A DNA stretch of 64,000 bases from Eutreptiella sp. 'Long Island Sound 2002' (lineage: Eukaryota; Protista; Euglenida), in NCBI GenBank assembly GCA_964036045.1, contig OZ038379.1, forward strand, positions 22,816,001 through 22,880,000, given 5' to 3'. Position numbers and translations under genes: made by a program. Shown piece after piece: positions 1 through 12,990 of the stretch (its first letter is position 1; the number at the start of each line of letters is the position of its first letter). The notes below the pieces were generated by a model. That model saw only the letters and a list, made by a program, of their open reading frames with translations, was not told the origin of the DNA and did no database searches.

Positions 1-3000
1 GCCTAGGTCCAATCATTTCTTAGCTTCTTTAGCATCACCTACCTACACCCCGCTTCAAGGCATCATCCACTGGGGGCAAAGGTGAGGGGGTCCGTACACG
101 AACATTGAACACGATGCGACGGTGCATTTGGATGCCACACCACATGGCCTTCAACAGAGGACTCGATTGCTACCAATTCCCCACATGGAGAAGGCGCAAT
201 GACTTTGCCTATTACTTCCTCTCCAGTGGACTGAGTGTATGTGACACTTAAGCCCTTGGGCATCCATGCCATTGACATTGCTAAAAATGGTGGTACTGTG
301 AAATGCAAAAGGGAAAGTAGCAATCAAACATGGGTCATGTGGACTGCTGGGTGAGGTACAAGCAATACGATAGGCAAATTGGGGACCTCAAAGCTTCAAA
401 TACCATGTTTGCAACGCCTATTGGGGAGCAAGAGACGTGGTTCTCTCAGAAAATGCACCCTAACGATCTATGCATCCGGGCATGTATTCTACACCAGTGT
501 AACTTGCAGTCAATTCGCTCTCAACTAGGGGTGTGGGTTCTTGGCACAACCCCAATATACGGACTGCGAGCGCACCGTGTCCATGACTCCCCAATTGAGC
601 ACTCGCCATGAAAGTCACAAGCTTCATGCTTTGCTTATCTGTGGCAGATGTCATGCAATTGTCTACCTTGTTTTACACCCCAAAGGTGGAGCAACCTGCT
701 GTCAACGTGCAGCTCCCCAGCGCAAAAGTGCCAACATCGCCGATGTAATGCTACTCCATGTGCGGTGGACAAGCCACCTCTTGTTCCAGCCCACCCTACA
801 ATCGGCACCGAGTTGAATGGGACATGCAGTCCAAAATCATACGGTCCAAGGTGCTTGTGCTGTCAGACAATGAAAGGCAGTGGTGGAGTGCCCAGGTGAT
901 CCATTTATCCCTCGCAATATCCTTCCTTTGCTTTCCTGCTGACCACCACAGCTGGGGCTCAAATCCAGGACCTCTTGGGCAGGTGTCGTGTGCTATGACA
1001 GCTGAGCCAGACAACCTCCTTGTGGTGGCTTGGAGAATGAGGCGAGGGGGGGGGGGGGGGTGGATGAAGGCTAGGGATACTTCTGGGTGTACGCACTGGT
1101 TTGCATTTTGAGAAACAAATTGTTTACATTGCTTGTTCCAAGCCACTGGGGGAAAATGGTTTTTGGTAGGTGAGAGTGGGACAGTTGTCCATGCTCCTTG
1201 TGCCCCTTGGCGTGCTTGACCAAAATCTTCCCCAAGACATGAAGTTTGGAGGATGGAGGTTAGAGGGTGGGGGTGGGGGAGGTGCCCTTATGCGCACACC
1301 TCCCCTTTCCAGTTACGCCTGGTAACTGGCGTTCGCCCTGAAAACACGCCTGTTGAGTGATGCAAAAGGCCAGGGCCACCATACAGAGGGTAGTGCTCCA
1401 ACAGCTTCAGGCAGTCACATCATAACTGTGGATATGTCCAGTGAACTTTGTCATTTTGCTGAGGGGTCACACAAACTTCAAGTTTCAGGGAGGAATTCCT
1501 GAAGCGTTGCAACACTGGTCCCAGAAAGAGCAGTCACAAGCGTCCGCACTGCCCAGCACACACGGACAGCCTACGGTACGGGGGGTATCAGTGAAACACA
1601 CTCCATCCACCACCAGCCCAGGCAAGAGCGCAGGTATAATTCAAAGAAAAAGAAGGCAAACTGGAGTAGCACAGCAATGCCGGGCTTGGACCAAAGAGAT
1701 TAATGGTCCCACAGACTGCAGCACCACAGCGCGGGGGCACTAAGACAGGGGGCCCGGGCATCGGTTTGCAACTGCAGGGAAAGGTAATCTTGGGTCCGTA
1801 ATCAGATCCAACGGTCATGTTTATATTTCGTCCTATGGTTTGACGGAGCGGCACAGAGAGAGATTTCTGGGCACGTTGATAAATTGTTGTACATATTGTC
1901 TGGGATCACACCACAGGACTATGTGGGGCACTGGTCGCGATAGTGTGTACTAAGGGTCTCCTCAGCAAACACTGCAGCTTTACAGCAACAACCGCACTCC
2001 TTTGTAAGGCCTGCTTCTTCCTCTGCGGGCTGTGCCCACGGTGCTGTGGCACCGGCATCGGTCTATGATAAGAGAAAGGCATGCGCACTCCCATCTCAAC
2101 ATGTGCGGTGGCCTAGGATAATTCTGCCAATCGTTACATGTACCCGTCCCCGGGTCCCCTTCATCGGTATGGCGTTATTGTGTCATTATGGTGCTGTGTG
2201 ATGTTGCTCGTGTCTTATCGTTGTCTGATGTGTTCCGTTTTAATCGGCACATCTGTGCTGGGCCCTCCTGCCCTAATGTCTGTTTTTATGGACTGCATGT
2301 GAAGTAATATGTGCATCAAGGCAACAACAGTGTGCAGTGGGTGCAGTGCAGCAGGTTCAGGGAGAGGCTGCACATCAGCAGCGGTTTTGCCCAAGAACAC
2401 AGCTCCATATGTTTGCCGCTGGGTCATCAGCTTAAGATTTGGGCGCCTGCAGTGCTGCCACACAAAATAGAATATACAGTCAGAGAGGGTAGCTCCAGGG
2501 TATACAGTGTGCAGATGGCAAAGAATGCTCAGCACAGGGCACCCTGTCTGGTTTTAAATTCAAAGGTAGCAGGCTGTGAGCATGGTGGCGTTGTGCATGC
2601 ACCCGGTTGCACCTGTGCACAACTGCAATCAATTTTTGGGGGGATTGCTGTAAAGGCTCAGTAGGTGTGCCAGTTGGTGGGGCGGGGGGTGGGAGACCTA
2701 ATGAAGGTGAGCTAAGCGAAGGTGTAGGTGGAAGCTTTGGTAGACCAACCTTGTTGAACACACAGCCATCCATCAAGAGCTACTGGATTGCAACCACTCA
2801 AAGGCACATAACTTCAAAAAGGAGCGGGAATGACAGACAATGTAAATTGGCATTAGAAACCAAAACGCACTGTCACACCGGGAACCCACTGCATCTATGC
2901 TTTTGGGATCGGACGGCTGCGGGGGGGGGGGGGGGAGGGGGGATACTAGCACAAGCGCACCGCCCTTTTGCGCAACAACCAGCAATGTTTCACCATCTCA

Positions 3001-4696
3001 CGTCAATGTTTTGCAAAAATTCGCAATTTGACCAGGGGCTGGTCGTTGCGCAGAGCGGTCGTTACGCACAGTGGGGGGAGGGGGGGCGCTGGCAACAGTA
3101 GCTCCCTTCAGAAAAACTGCTTTCATGTGAATAATCCATCATCAATTTCGCAATTGCTGCAGCTGGTATCGCATTCAAATCTTTGATGTCTTGGGGGCGC
3201 CCACACAGCACCAGTTATTTGGGTGACTTTACCAAAACCAACTTCAAACCACTTAACATCAAAACCTGGCATGCACAGCAGAATGTGTTGCCAATCTGCT
3301 CCGTGAACATGGCCCTTGGGCTTATGATTTGGAGGCAACTAGGGACTGTGTTGAAGTACACATGTGCAGAGGGAAATCCATTGAGCACGCCCATGTCACA
3401 AGTATGCTCACACTCACGACCAGTACAATAGTAGAGGTCGCATGCTGAACATTCTGGCATGTCGCGTGTTCCACAAACTTGGCAAATTTCTCCGGCAGCT
3501 CATCAAGGCGGCGTACTTGCGCAGGAAATGCCAACACCCCTTTGTCCAACCTGCTGATGGCCCATTGAACACAACACGCATACATACAACTCCACATTTG
3601 GGGCAGCTTGAAACCCCCATTTGCTCTCGTAGTTTTGTGCTGTGTTGGAAAAAGCTTAAAATAGAGGCCAGGTATTTTCGGCGGTACAATTTGCACTGCG
3701 TTGCACTGCATCTTAGTGTTGCCTACACGCGGCGTACGGTGGATTCCCTGCCAATTGGGGATCTGGAACACGGAACTACACAAAATGCATAGCGCATGCA
3801 ACGCCCCCGTTTGACCTTCCCTGAGGCCTTCGATTCCACTCACAATCTGCAATAGACCACACCTCTTGCTCCCTATCACGCATTGCTCAACACTGGGCAG
3901 CTCAGTGGTGCATGCCCAATGTTGCTTTGTGGAAAAGGCACAAATAGCACAGGGGGAGAAGGCAGCCCCCTTTGGGAAATGATTGCACACGTCTCAATCT
4001 TGACACCTGGTTCTGTTGACTGCCTGCCCCCCTGAAGCGCCGTGAATGAGGTGGCAGAAGCTGGCTTTCTGTCCTAATTTCGCCATATAGTAAAGGGATG
4101 CTTGGGCAGTGCAGACTTTAGAACCTGCTTGTCACAGCATGATTCGAGCATGCCCAACAGCGGGACTGCAAGAGGGAGATGGAAAATTCCACGGTAGTCA
4201 TCATCTTCTCATGAGGAGGTCAGCAATGGGGAAAACTAGGTGTGCAACCATGGAGACTCTGGTTCCTGTTCCAGTGCGACTTATGCAATCTTATACAATA
4301 CACCAGGATATGCCGGTTCAGGGCTCCCTTTGACAGGTGAAAAAATAACAGACGCTTCCATTACGCTACGGCGTCGGTCAAAGCATCTCCACTCAGGCAA
4401 CAACTGCTGTCAGATCACGCCCAACCGCCGTCCGCAACCCGTCGGTTAATCCGCATTGCTGTCGGTTGTGAACCAACCGCCGTCGGCGTTAGGCTGTCAT
4501 TAAGGACTGTCATTACCAAAAGTAAGAAAACTAGCACAGCGGCCTTCACTGGTTCTCAAGGCTGCGCATGTTGACACCAGCATCCAACGCACTGCAGTTT
4601 GGATTATCACACCATTTCATAAAATGCAGAGGAAGAAAGTACCGAGCACCACAAATCTCTGGGCTGAGACCTTCTGAGATGCCCCTGCCCCGATCC

Positions 4697-5488
4697 CTAC
4701 CCTATACTCTCATACCGCGGTTGATCCCCTGAGGGTCGTCTAAACAAGTGCATCTGCTCTTCAGACATCTGGCGGACTCGCAGCATCCGCAGGACAACCA
4801 TCAAGACAGCCACACCACAGACATACTGCCAATGGTCCAGCCCCCACTCCACCGCCGGCTTTACTCTCCCTTCAATGCCTCGTGCCAGGCGCTGCACCGC
4901 CCCCAGGTCAAACATCGGAGATGGTGAGGGGCTCTCGTCAGGAGACGGCGAGGGTAAGGGGCTGGGGGAGGACAAGGGACTCGGGCTGGGCAAAGCCGTG
5001 GGCGATGGCGGCAAGGCCGCAGCCCCATCCAGCACAGGCGACTCGGGGCTGGGCGCAGGCACGGGTGTGTACGTGACCTGCAGGGGGCCCGCCTCCATCG
5101 TGTGCGAATCGATACGGGACACACACACCGCCGGGTGTGTTTTGGAACAGTATTGGTACGAGATCTCGGGGGTTCTCCCAAATATCTGGTTCAGGTCGTC
5201 TGGCTGGCAGGGCCCAACCTGCAGGTTGTTACTGCCAGCGATCAAGCAGTGGTCCTTCACTGAGTACGTGCCCGTCAGCCCGTCTTCTTTCTGGCTGGTG
5301 TAAATGAACCGCTGCCGGTGTTCTGTAGCATCGCACGGGAGGTAGTCAAGGACGTCGCTCTTAGAGGAGGCTTGCAGGCAGCAGTGAGGTAGTGAACCTT
5401 CCTCGTGCAACAGGAAGTCAGAATGATCTCTGGCCTCGATGAGGGAGCAAAAGGCAGCGCAGAAGATGACGACCACACCCCAGAACAT
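4697..5488 (-). CDS. Intronless type I membrane protein: signal peptide, ricin-B/R-type lectin-like subdomains, Ser-Pro stalk, one TM helix, short tail ending in YESI
   Basis: 263-aa ATG-initiated ORF with an in-frame stop just upstream. Hydrophobic N-terminus MFWGVVVIFCAAFCSLIEA; two repeats CLQASSKSDVLDYLPCDATEHRQRF and CLIAGSNNLQVGPCQPDDLNQIF resemble ricin-B subdomains; (SP)n linker; TM segment WQYVCGVAVLMVVL followed by basic RMLRVR. Confidence 0.8.
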   Translation of the reverse strand: MFWGVVVIFCAAFCSLIEARDHSDFLLHEEGSLPHCCLQASSKSDVLDYLPCDATEHRQRFIYTSQKEDGLTGTYSVKDHCLIAGSNNLQVGPCQPDDLNQIFGRTPEISYQYCSKTHPAVCVSRIDSHTMEAGPLQVTYTPVPAPSPESPVLDGAAALPPSPTALPSPSPLSSPSPLPSPSPDESPSPSPMFDLGAVQRLARGIEGRVKPAVEWGLDHWQYVCGVAVLMVVLRMLRVRQMSEEQMHLFRRPSGDQPRYESIG

Positions 5489-8400
5489 GGGCCCACATAC
5501 AAAACCTCAGAAAGGACATGCAGCACACGTGCGGCACTAACCATCTCTCCCTTCATCCACCAGCCCCCCAGTGGGTCACCCTGGGAGACCCATACCGGTG
5601 ACCGCAATCTGCGTAAAGGAATCCGGACCGCCTTCAAAAGCAGTAGCACCTGAGATTGTTTTTTTTTTGGTGTGGGGGGGGGGGGGGGGTTCAGGTTCAG
5701 TCAAGCCCCAAGATAGAAGAATCTCACGACATGTTTCTCGGACTCTAAAATTCGTTTCCATCCATCCTGAGCTCGTTTCAGTCGGATGTGCGATGCGATG
5801 CTTGCAGCAAGATTAAGCTTTGCAGACCCCCTTTGCTTGTCGCACCCTCGTCCCTGTGTCACAACTTGGTTGATGGTCTTGGTACGTGCTATTGACCTTG
5901 TTTATGTGGAAAGCACTGATGGTGCCACACGACGGCGTTCGTGGTGTTGAATGTCTTGTTCCCCATGCCAGCGCCCGCAAATACACCACAGACGGCAACC
6001 TTCACGCGCAATTCGTACAGTGGTTCATCAAAAGTGGGTCAAATCAGCCACCAAATACAAAATTTGTCCCCATTTGTACGTCTGCTATCAAACTTCTCCC
6101 GTATCTGCACCAGCCTGATATCCACATACAACGGCACTTGGCGATTCGTTCGGCAATGTAATCTGAGCCAGGAATACTCTTGTGCTGTAATACCCACAGA
6201 ACAAAAATCTGGGGGCTTGGTATGATGAAGAAATTCATCTATGCGGATATTTGTTTGATGTGAACATTCGTTAATTGTCTCAACTGACCCCGCCTGCACC
6301 CACACTGGATTGAATGGTGAATCATTGGATTTGGAAATGGATTTGCCCTGTTTGACAGCAGAATCACCAGCCGAATGTTGAAGTAGCGCAGCAGTGCGAA
6401 AAAAATCTGACGACCACCACCACGTGGTGTTGCCTGCTGTACTGTGAACCTACCGTCTGGTGTCATGTAAAAGACTTATGCTGTTGCGTTTTCAACATCT
6501 GTGTGCCCACCAACCCCGTCTCACGACACAACAACACTTCCATGCTCTCTACTCACCAACGACTGGTGGGCACACAAAACATGTGGAATCTTTTTTGAGG
6601 GCATGTGTATGATTTCTCACATTTCTGGATTTGAAAGCGGCCGCTTTTTTGCCCAACGTGCACAGCGCCTGACGCGTCCCTTGTATTCCTTGGGCCATTG
6701 GAAAATTTTGCCACAGTTGCTGCTGGAGAAAAAACAACCCCAAAACGGCTTTGGAACGAGATGGCTGACTGCACTTTTCCATGCCATACCAACCTGATGA
6801 CATGCACTTCCGATGCACCCGTACCAAAGCTGTTGTTGTTCCGCACGATGGTGTCGAAAATCTCAGGCACAATGAGAGCATCATCAGTTTCGCGAACAAT
6901 GCCTGCTTTGCTTGAGCATGTTGCATCGCCACGCTGACAGTTAGTTGTGTTGCAAACACTGTGCACAGGCGGTGCACAAAAATGTGTGCAACTCATGGTT
7001 GCGGACGTTGTTCCCAGCTTTACAGGTCATCATGGCAACGAGACGCAGCCAGGGACAATGAAGAAGTCGGACACCGAATTCAGCAGCAACCCTGACATTG
7101 GGGCCAGTTTGGGCACATTACAGTTGGGGGGCACATGGGCTGCACAAATGCCAGCTTGAGGGGTGAGGGTAGCTCTGGGCATCTGGAAATTACCTTTCCA
7201 TGACTCATCCCTCCCTGTTGTTGACAAAATTACCTCCGTATGTTTTTCTCTGATTGTAGTGTGTGAATCATGTGCTCCCATAATGGTTGCACATGAAACA
7301 AACATTCGTCAGTCATCAGCAAGTCAGCGGAGTCATCAGCGAGCTGTTGAGACCGCAGATCACTCCCAACAGCGCTCAATGGCCAAAAAGGGTGAAGGAA
7401 AAAAGAAGGTTTTCAATCCTTTACTAGTTTCTTTTTTCAGTGTGGGTGGTCACTATAATAAAAAAAACGGTTTCGAAAATTCCACTGCCTCTGGCAAGCC
7501 CACCTCGCAGCCCCGACCCAATGGCGGAGGTCCAGGGTCCTATCTTCAGGTACCTCTGGCCAGCCCCTTTTTTTACCCCTAACCTGGGGGCCCACAGGCG
7601 AGGATTCTGCCGTTTCCAAGCCAGCATGTGTTGGCTGGGGATTGCTTGTCTGGCGTGCGCTCAGCACGCTACTTTTGGGCAACTGCACTAGACTTTTGCT
7701 TGGACCCAGATCTACCCTCCCATTGAGAATAAGGCACGCAGACAAAGAAAAATAACAATGCCCAAGGCATGTAGAAAATGACACTTGTCATTCCACACTC
7801 ACGCAGCAAAGCCAATGAGTCTGCAGCCACCTGTGCGACATACAGATGTCCAAGAAGCGCGAGGGCCCATGAAAACACGTGTCCGACGCATGCAACTTTG
7901 GTGATCGAATTGATCACAACCCTTCATACACTTGTTTGCACTAAATCATGCAGATTCCAGCAGCTTCAAAGACGTTGAAACAGGTGGATTGTCCCAGTCC
8001 CAAAGTGAGGGGAAAAAAAAGTTGCAGAACCTGTGCCCGTGCCTGTGCCCGTGCCCTTGCCTGCACCGGCGTCTCCGGACTACATCACGCTGTGCCGTAT
8101 TGGGCTCCCCGAATCAGGGAGCAAACGTGGATACATAGCCCTTGTTGTATCTGGGTTTCCAAAGTACAGAGGAGACAGGGCTACATCACTCGTGAAGAAT
8201 CAGGGTCCCCAAGGCAGTGAGGAGTGAATGGCAAAATAAGCCCTTCTGCATTGGGGCTACAAATTAGATTGGTGGCTGCATCAAAAGCAGGGAGGAGAAA
8301 ATTTGGCTCTCTAACCTATGCCATATCAGTTCTCGAAAGGGGAGAGGGCGCAGGTTACCCTTGCACATCATGGCCAAAACGCGGATTGGTGGTTGGCCAT

Positions 8401-10574
8401 GTAGGGGTCCCGCAGGCGGGAGGGACCCTAAATGGCTACATAAACCCTGCCCCACAGCAGAGAGTAATTTCATGGCTACATAGATCCTGCCATAGCACAT
8501 GTGTTCCTGTGGCAACATCCAGGCAGAAATTATTCGCATGTAGCGCACATGCCTTCCTTTCCCTGTGCGCTTACCGGCGACTGACCATCATTCATGGTTA
8601 GTGAAAGCATGGTGTCAAAAGATCAGTGCCACACCATACATCTGACAATGAACAAAGAACCCGCAAAATCAATAGATGCAGGGGAAAATGCGGGAAAATG
8701 TGGGGAATGGCAGCAGCCCCCCACCTTGCGCATCCTATGACAAAGAAGGATTGCAAAACGTATTGCGAGGATGACCCAAGCCTGCCCTGGCATCCGCAAG
8801 CTCAAATGTATCCCCCGGGCTGCACTTTTCGCAGGTGACCGTCTTCAAGTGTTGTCCTTGGCAGCTTATTGCATGATCTGAATGTCCATTGCAAAGTGTT
8901 GGCTGCTAATATTCCAGCTCAGGCACAACACCAGGTGCTGAACAGATCAGTATTGGGAGGTCAAAGGGTCACAGGGGTTCGGGCTGAGTGCAGTTGGGCG
9001 AGAATGTTGGCTGTGAGGAGTTATGAGGTGAGACCTGGAGGGAATATACTTGGGACTTCGGAGTGTTCTGTCGCAGTCACCGTCTGGTCGCAAAGAGTGC
9101 TTAGGTTTGAGTCAAGGTGGCACACATACACCTGTGTGTTGTACTGGCCTGGGCATGGAGCAGTTGCATCCGGAATGAAAACTATGGACAGCCGCTGGAA
9201 TCCTTCGGATCCAAACCCAAGGGGCCTCAATGTACCAGCAGCTGCTGTTGCTTGCCTCCCAACTATAGTGCGTTACTACATGCAGTTGCTGTCGAGACTG
9301 CCAGCCGCCACTGCCTGGTCGCATTTCTGCGATCCAAAGCTACAGGCTGTCCTTGTGCAAGGGAGGTCCCAGAAAGTTATCGTTCCTTGCAGGACAACCC
9401 TGGCTTGGAAAGGCCCAAGCAGGCCCAAAATGATCATAGATGTCTCAAAATGGCCACGAACTGCCCCATAACTCACGGTAATGGCCCCCAGGTGACCAAT
9501 ACTACCTTCAGACACGCCTCTAATGCCGACGACTTGAACACAGCCACATCTTGGGCAGGTTGGACAAGGATGCACTCCCTTCCTCGCGTTTTTTGTGTCA
9601 GAAACCCATTTGGTTAACAGAGTAGATTTAGACGCAAAACTGGCATGGTCAGTCAGGCATGAGGTTTGCTTGGCCTAGCAACCCAATCCCCCCCTTGGAT
9701 TCTGCAATATTCTGCATTTTCATCAAACGGATACTGATGCACCCAGGCTTGTTTGAGGGTACGCTTGCCATCGATGTTTAGCTGCACCTCCTGTATGAGA
9801 ACAATAGCGTCCGCAGGCAGGTCAATTTCCCAACAAAAAGAATCAATGAGGTAAGTCTGCCAGCGATTTTGTGCACGGTTTTTCCTGTTTTTCCAATTCA
9901 GTTATGATGGCCCACATGCTTTTGACCTTGTGCCGTGTATTGTGCTTTCCCCAATTCGATTTACGATAAAGCAGTCATATCAGCTTTTGTCAATTGCAAA
10001 AAGCAAGTGCAAGTTGCACTGTTGTGTATCGAGAAACCTGGACCTCATGAGAAATCGGCTCTGAACCATGCGCCACGCACTCCCAAACTCACCACCCAAC
10101 CAAGACACTGGAGCTCCACAAAACAGGTGCACGTAGCGTAAAATAATCCTGAACCCATGTTACCCTCATTTGGTGAAGGCTGTACAAAGCTTCTATGTTG
10201 CTCCCAGCGCTGGTTGCTTTATGTTTCTCTTCATTTTTCATCCCGCTTCACAAGGTGTAGGTGTTCCCACTAGGAACATCCAATGCAGCGGGATTGCGAG
10301 GGGTTGGACCAAATATTTTGGTGGGGCAACTTCCAAAAATTCTTAGAAACCCTGATTAATGCCAAATAAATGTCCTCTACAGCCCTCGCAGTCTTCGGCC
10401 CCCAACAACGCTGAACCACTTTCAATCACCTGCAACAACATTCAACGTCCCAAAAACCCTCAACATCCCTCAACATCCCTCAACAAAAGTCAACAACTCT
10501 CAACAGCCTTCAAACCCCTCAACATTCACGGCTGTAGGGGGTGATGGGAGGGGTAGGGGGAAGTGTCATGCAAG

Positions 10575-11300
10575 TTTTCCAAAAGAGATCCTGGACCATT
10601 GGGGATGCTCAAACAAGTGTTTTTAGCCCACTTTGAGCCCGTGGTGACGTGTTTTGGCCCATGGAAAATCCCAAAATGCCTTGAAAAGGGGCCCTTTTGG
10701 GACCAAAAATGGGTCAAAAATGGGGCAAAAACGCATTTTTCCAAAAATGATCTTGGACCATTTGGGGATGCTCAAACAAGTGGCTTTTAGCCCATTTTGA
10801 GCCCGTGGTGACGCGTTTGGGGCCATGGAAAATCCCAAAATGCCTTGAAAATGGGCTGTTTTGGGACCAAAATTGGGTCAAAAATGGGGCAAAATGTGTT
10901 TTTCCAAAACTGATCCTGGACCATTCGGGATGCTCAAACAAGTGTTTTTAGCCCATTTTAAGCCCGTGGTGACGCGTTTGGGGCCATAGAAAATCCCAAA
11001 ATGCCCTGAAAATGGGCCATTTTGGAACCAAAGATGGGTCAAAAATGGGGCAAAATGTGTTTTTCCAAAGTGATCTTGTGCCCTGTACCATTGGGGGTGC
11101 TCAAACAAGTGTTTTTAGCCCACTTTGAGCCTGTGGTGACAGGTTTTGCTCCATGGAACATCCCAAAATGCCTTGAAAATGGGCCGTTTTGGTACCAAAA
11201 ATGGGTCAAAAATGGGGCAAAATGTGTTTTTCCAAAATGATCCTGTACCCTGTACCATTGGGGATGCTCAAACAAGTGTTTTCAGCCGATTTTGAGCCTG
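10575..11300. repeat. ~162-bp tandem repeat, about 4.5 units
   Basis: GATC anchor recurs at 10587, 10749, 10912, 11072, 11239; unit includes ccatggaaaatcccaaaatgccttgaaaatgggc. Confidence 0.95.
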
Positions 11301-12149
11301 TGGTGACGCATTTTGGCCCGTGGACCTTTTCGGGTGCACAAACAAGTGAAATGATCCCATTTTCAGCCTGTTTTGAGCCAGTTTAGCCCCCTTCGCCACA
11401 TGTATGCACCAAGTTGTACCCTTCGCACGTAACTGAGAGCTGTATTGCGGAGCCACCTAGAGTTGGGCCCTAACTATTCGGGGGAGGGGTGTAGATTAGA
11501 GGATACATATGTATATCACCACAACCCTCTCCCCTTAAATCTAGCTAACAAGCAACAAGCAAGCAAGCAAGCAAGCAAGCACTTCTCCTTTCTGTTTTGG
11601 CTATTGCTTCGCCTCATCGCTCTGGGCTCTACTCTACTCTAGCCACCCTAGAGCCTAGGTGGTGGCCTTGCCAAATCCAAGCTGTGAGCCAAAAGCTCAC
11701 TGGTGGCGCCCCGGGGCGGGGGTGCCCTCCCAAAACTGCGCATTTTGTGCCCCAAAAACAGGCTTTTTTTGACCAAAAGTGCCCCACAACCCAGTCAAGA
11801 CGGACAAACGAAGGGAAACGGTGGCTACACTCCACATGCACGATATGCCTGAGAAACGGCCCCAAAATGGCTAAAAATGGCCAAAAATGTGCGCCGCTTG
11901 TGTCAAACAGCCCCAAAACCGAAAACGGGCCGTATCTTGGCCTACGTGGCTCAAAACCGAATTCCGAGGGCACCTAGTCCACCCACAACCCCCCCACTTT
12001 TTGTGGTTTCCAAGCCTCAAATTCGCCCAGTGAGACGCCTAGACCCCCGTACCAGTGGTCAATTGGTGGGGCGGGAGGGCAACCCGGCCCGCGCACGGTG
12101 GGGGCCAATGGTGGGTCCACTAGAGCCCCCGGGGCGAAAAAAAAAACAT

Positions 12150-12990
12150 TTTTTCCAAAAGAGATCTTGGACCATTGGGGATGCTCAAACAAGTGGTTTT
12201 AGCCCGTTTTGTGCCTGTGGTGACGCGTTTTGGGCCATGGAAAATCCCAAAATGCCTTGAAAATGGGCTGTTTTGGGACCAAAAATGCGTCAAAAATGGG
12301 TCAAAAATGTGTTGTTCCAAAACTGATCCTGGACCATTTGGCAATGTTCAAACAAGTGTTTTAGCCCATTTTGAGCCCGTGGTGACACATTTTGGGCCAT
12401 GGAAAATCCCAAAATGCCTTGAAAAGGGGCCCTTTTGGGTCCAAAAATGGGTCAAAAATGGGTCAAAAACGCATTTTTCCAAAATTGATCCTAGACCATT
12501 TGGCAATGTTCAAACAAGTGTTTTTAGCCCATTTTGAGCCCGTGGTGACGCGTTTGGGGCCATGGAAAATCCCAAAATGCCTTGAAAATGGGCCGTTTTG
12601 GGTCCAAAAATGGGTCAAAAATGGGGCAAAAGCACGTTTTTCCAAAACTGATCCTAGACCATTTGGCAATGTTCAAACAAGTGGCTTTTAGCCCATTTTG
12701 AGCCCGTGGTGACGCGTTTGGGGCCATGGAAAATCCCAAAATGCCTTGAAATGGGCCGTTTTGGGACCAAAGATGGGTCAAAAATGGGGCAAAAGCACGT
12801 TTTTCCAAAAGAGATCTTGGACCATTAGGGATGCTCAAACAAGTGGTTTTAGCCCGTTTTGTGCCTGTGGTGACGCGTTTTGGGCCATGGAAAATCCCAA
12901 AATGCCTTGAAAATGGGCCGTTTTAGGACCAAAAATGGATGAAAAATGTGTTGTTCCAAAAGTGATCATGGACCATTTGGGGTGCACAAA
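12150..12990. repeat. ~162-bp tandem repeat, about 5 units, same family
   Basis: GATC anchor at 12163, 12325, 12487, 12650, 12813, 12964. Confidence 0.95.

Noticed and set aside
1-4100. Host gene exons in the first 4 kb
   Set aside because: Only short, stop-interrupted frames with no coherent splice chain or recognisable domain; likely decayed TE sequence, and I could not assign a family.
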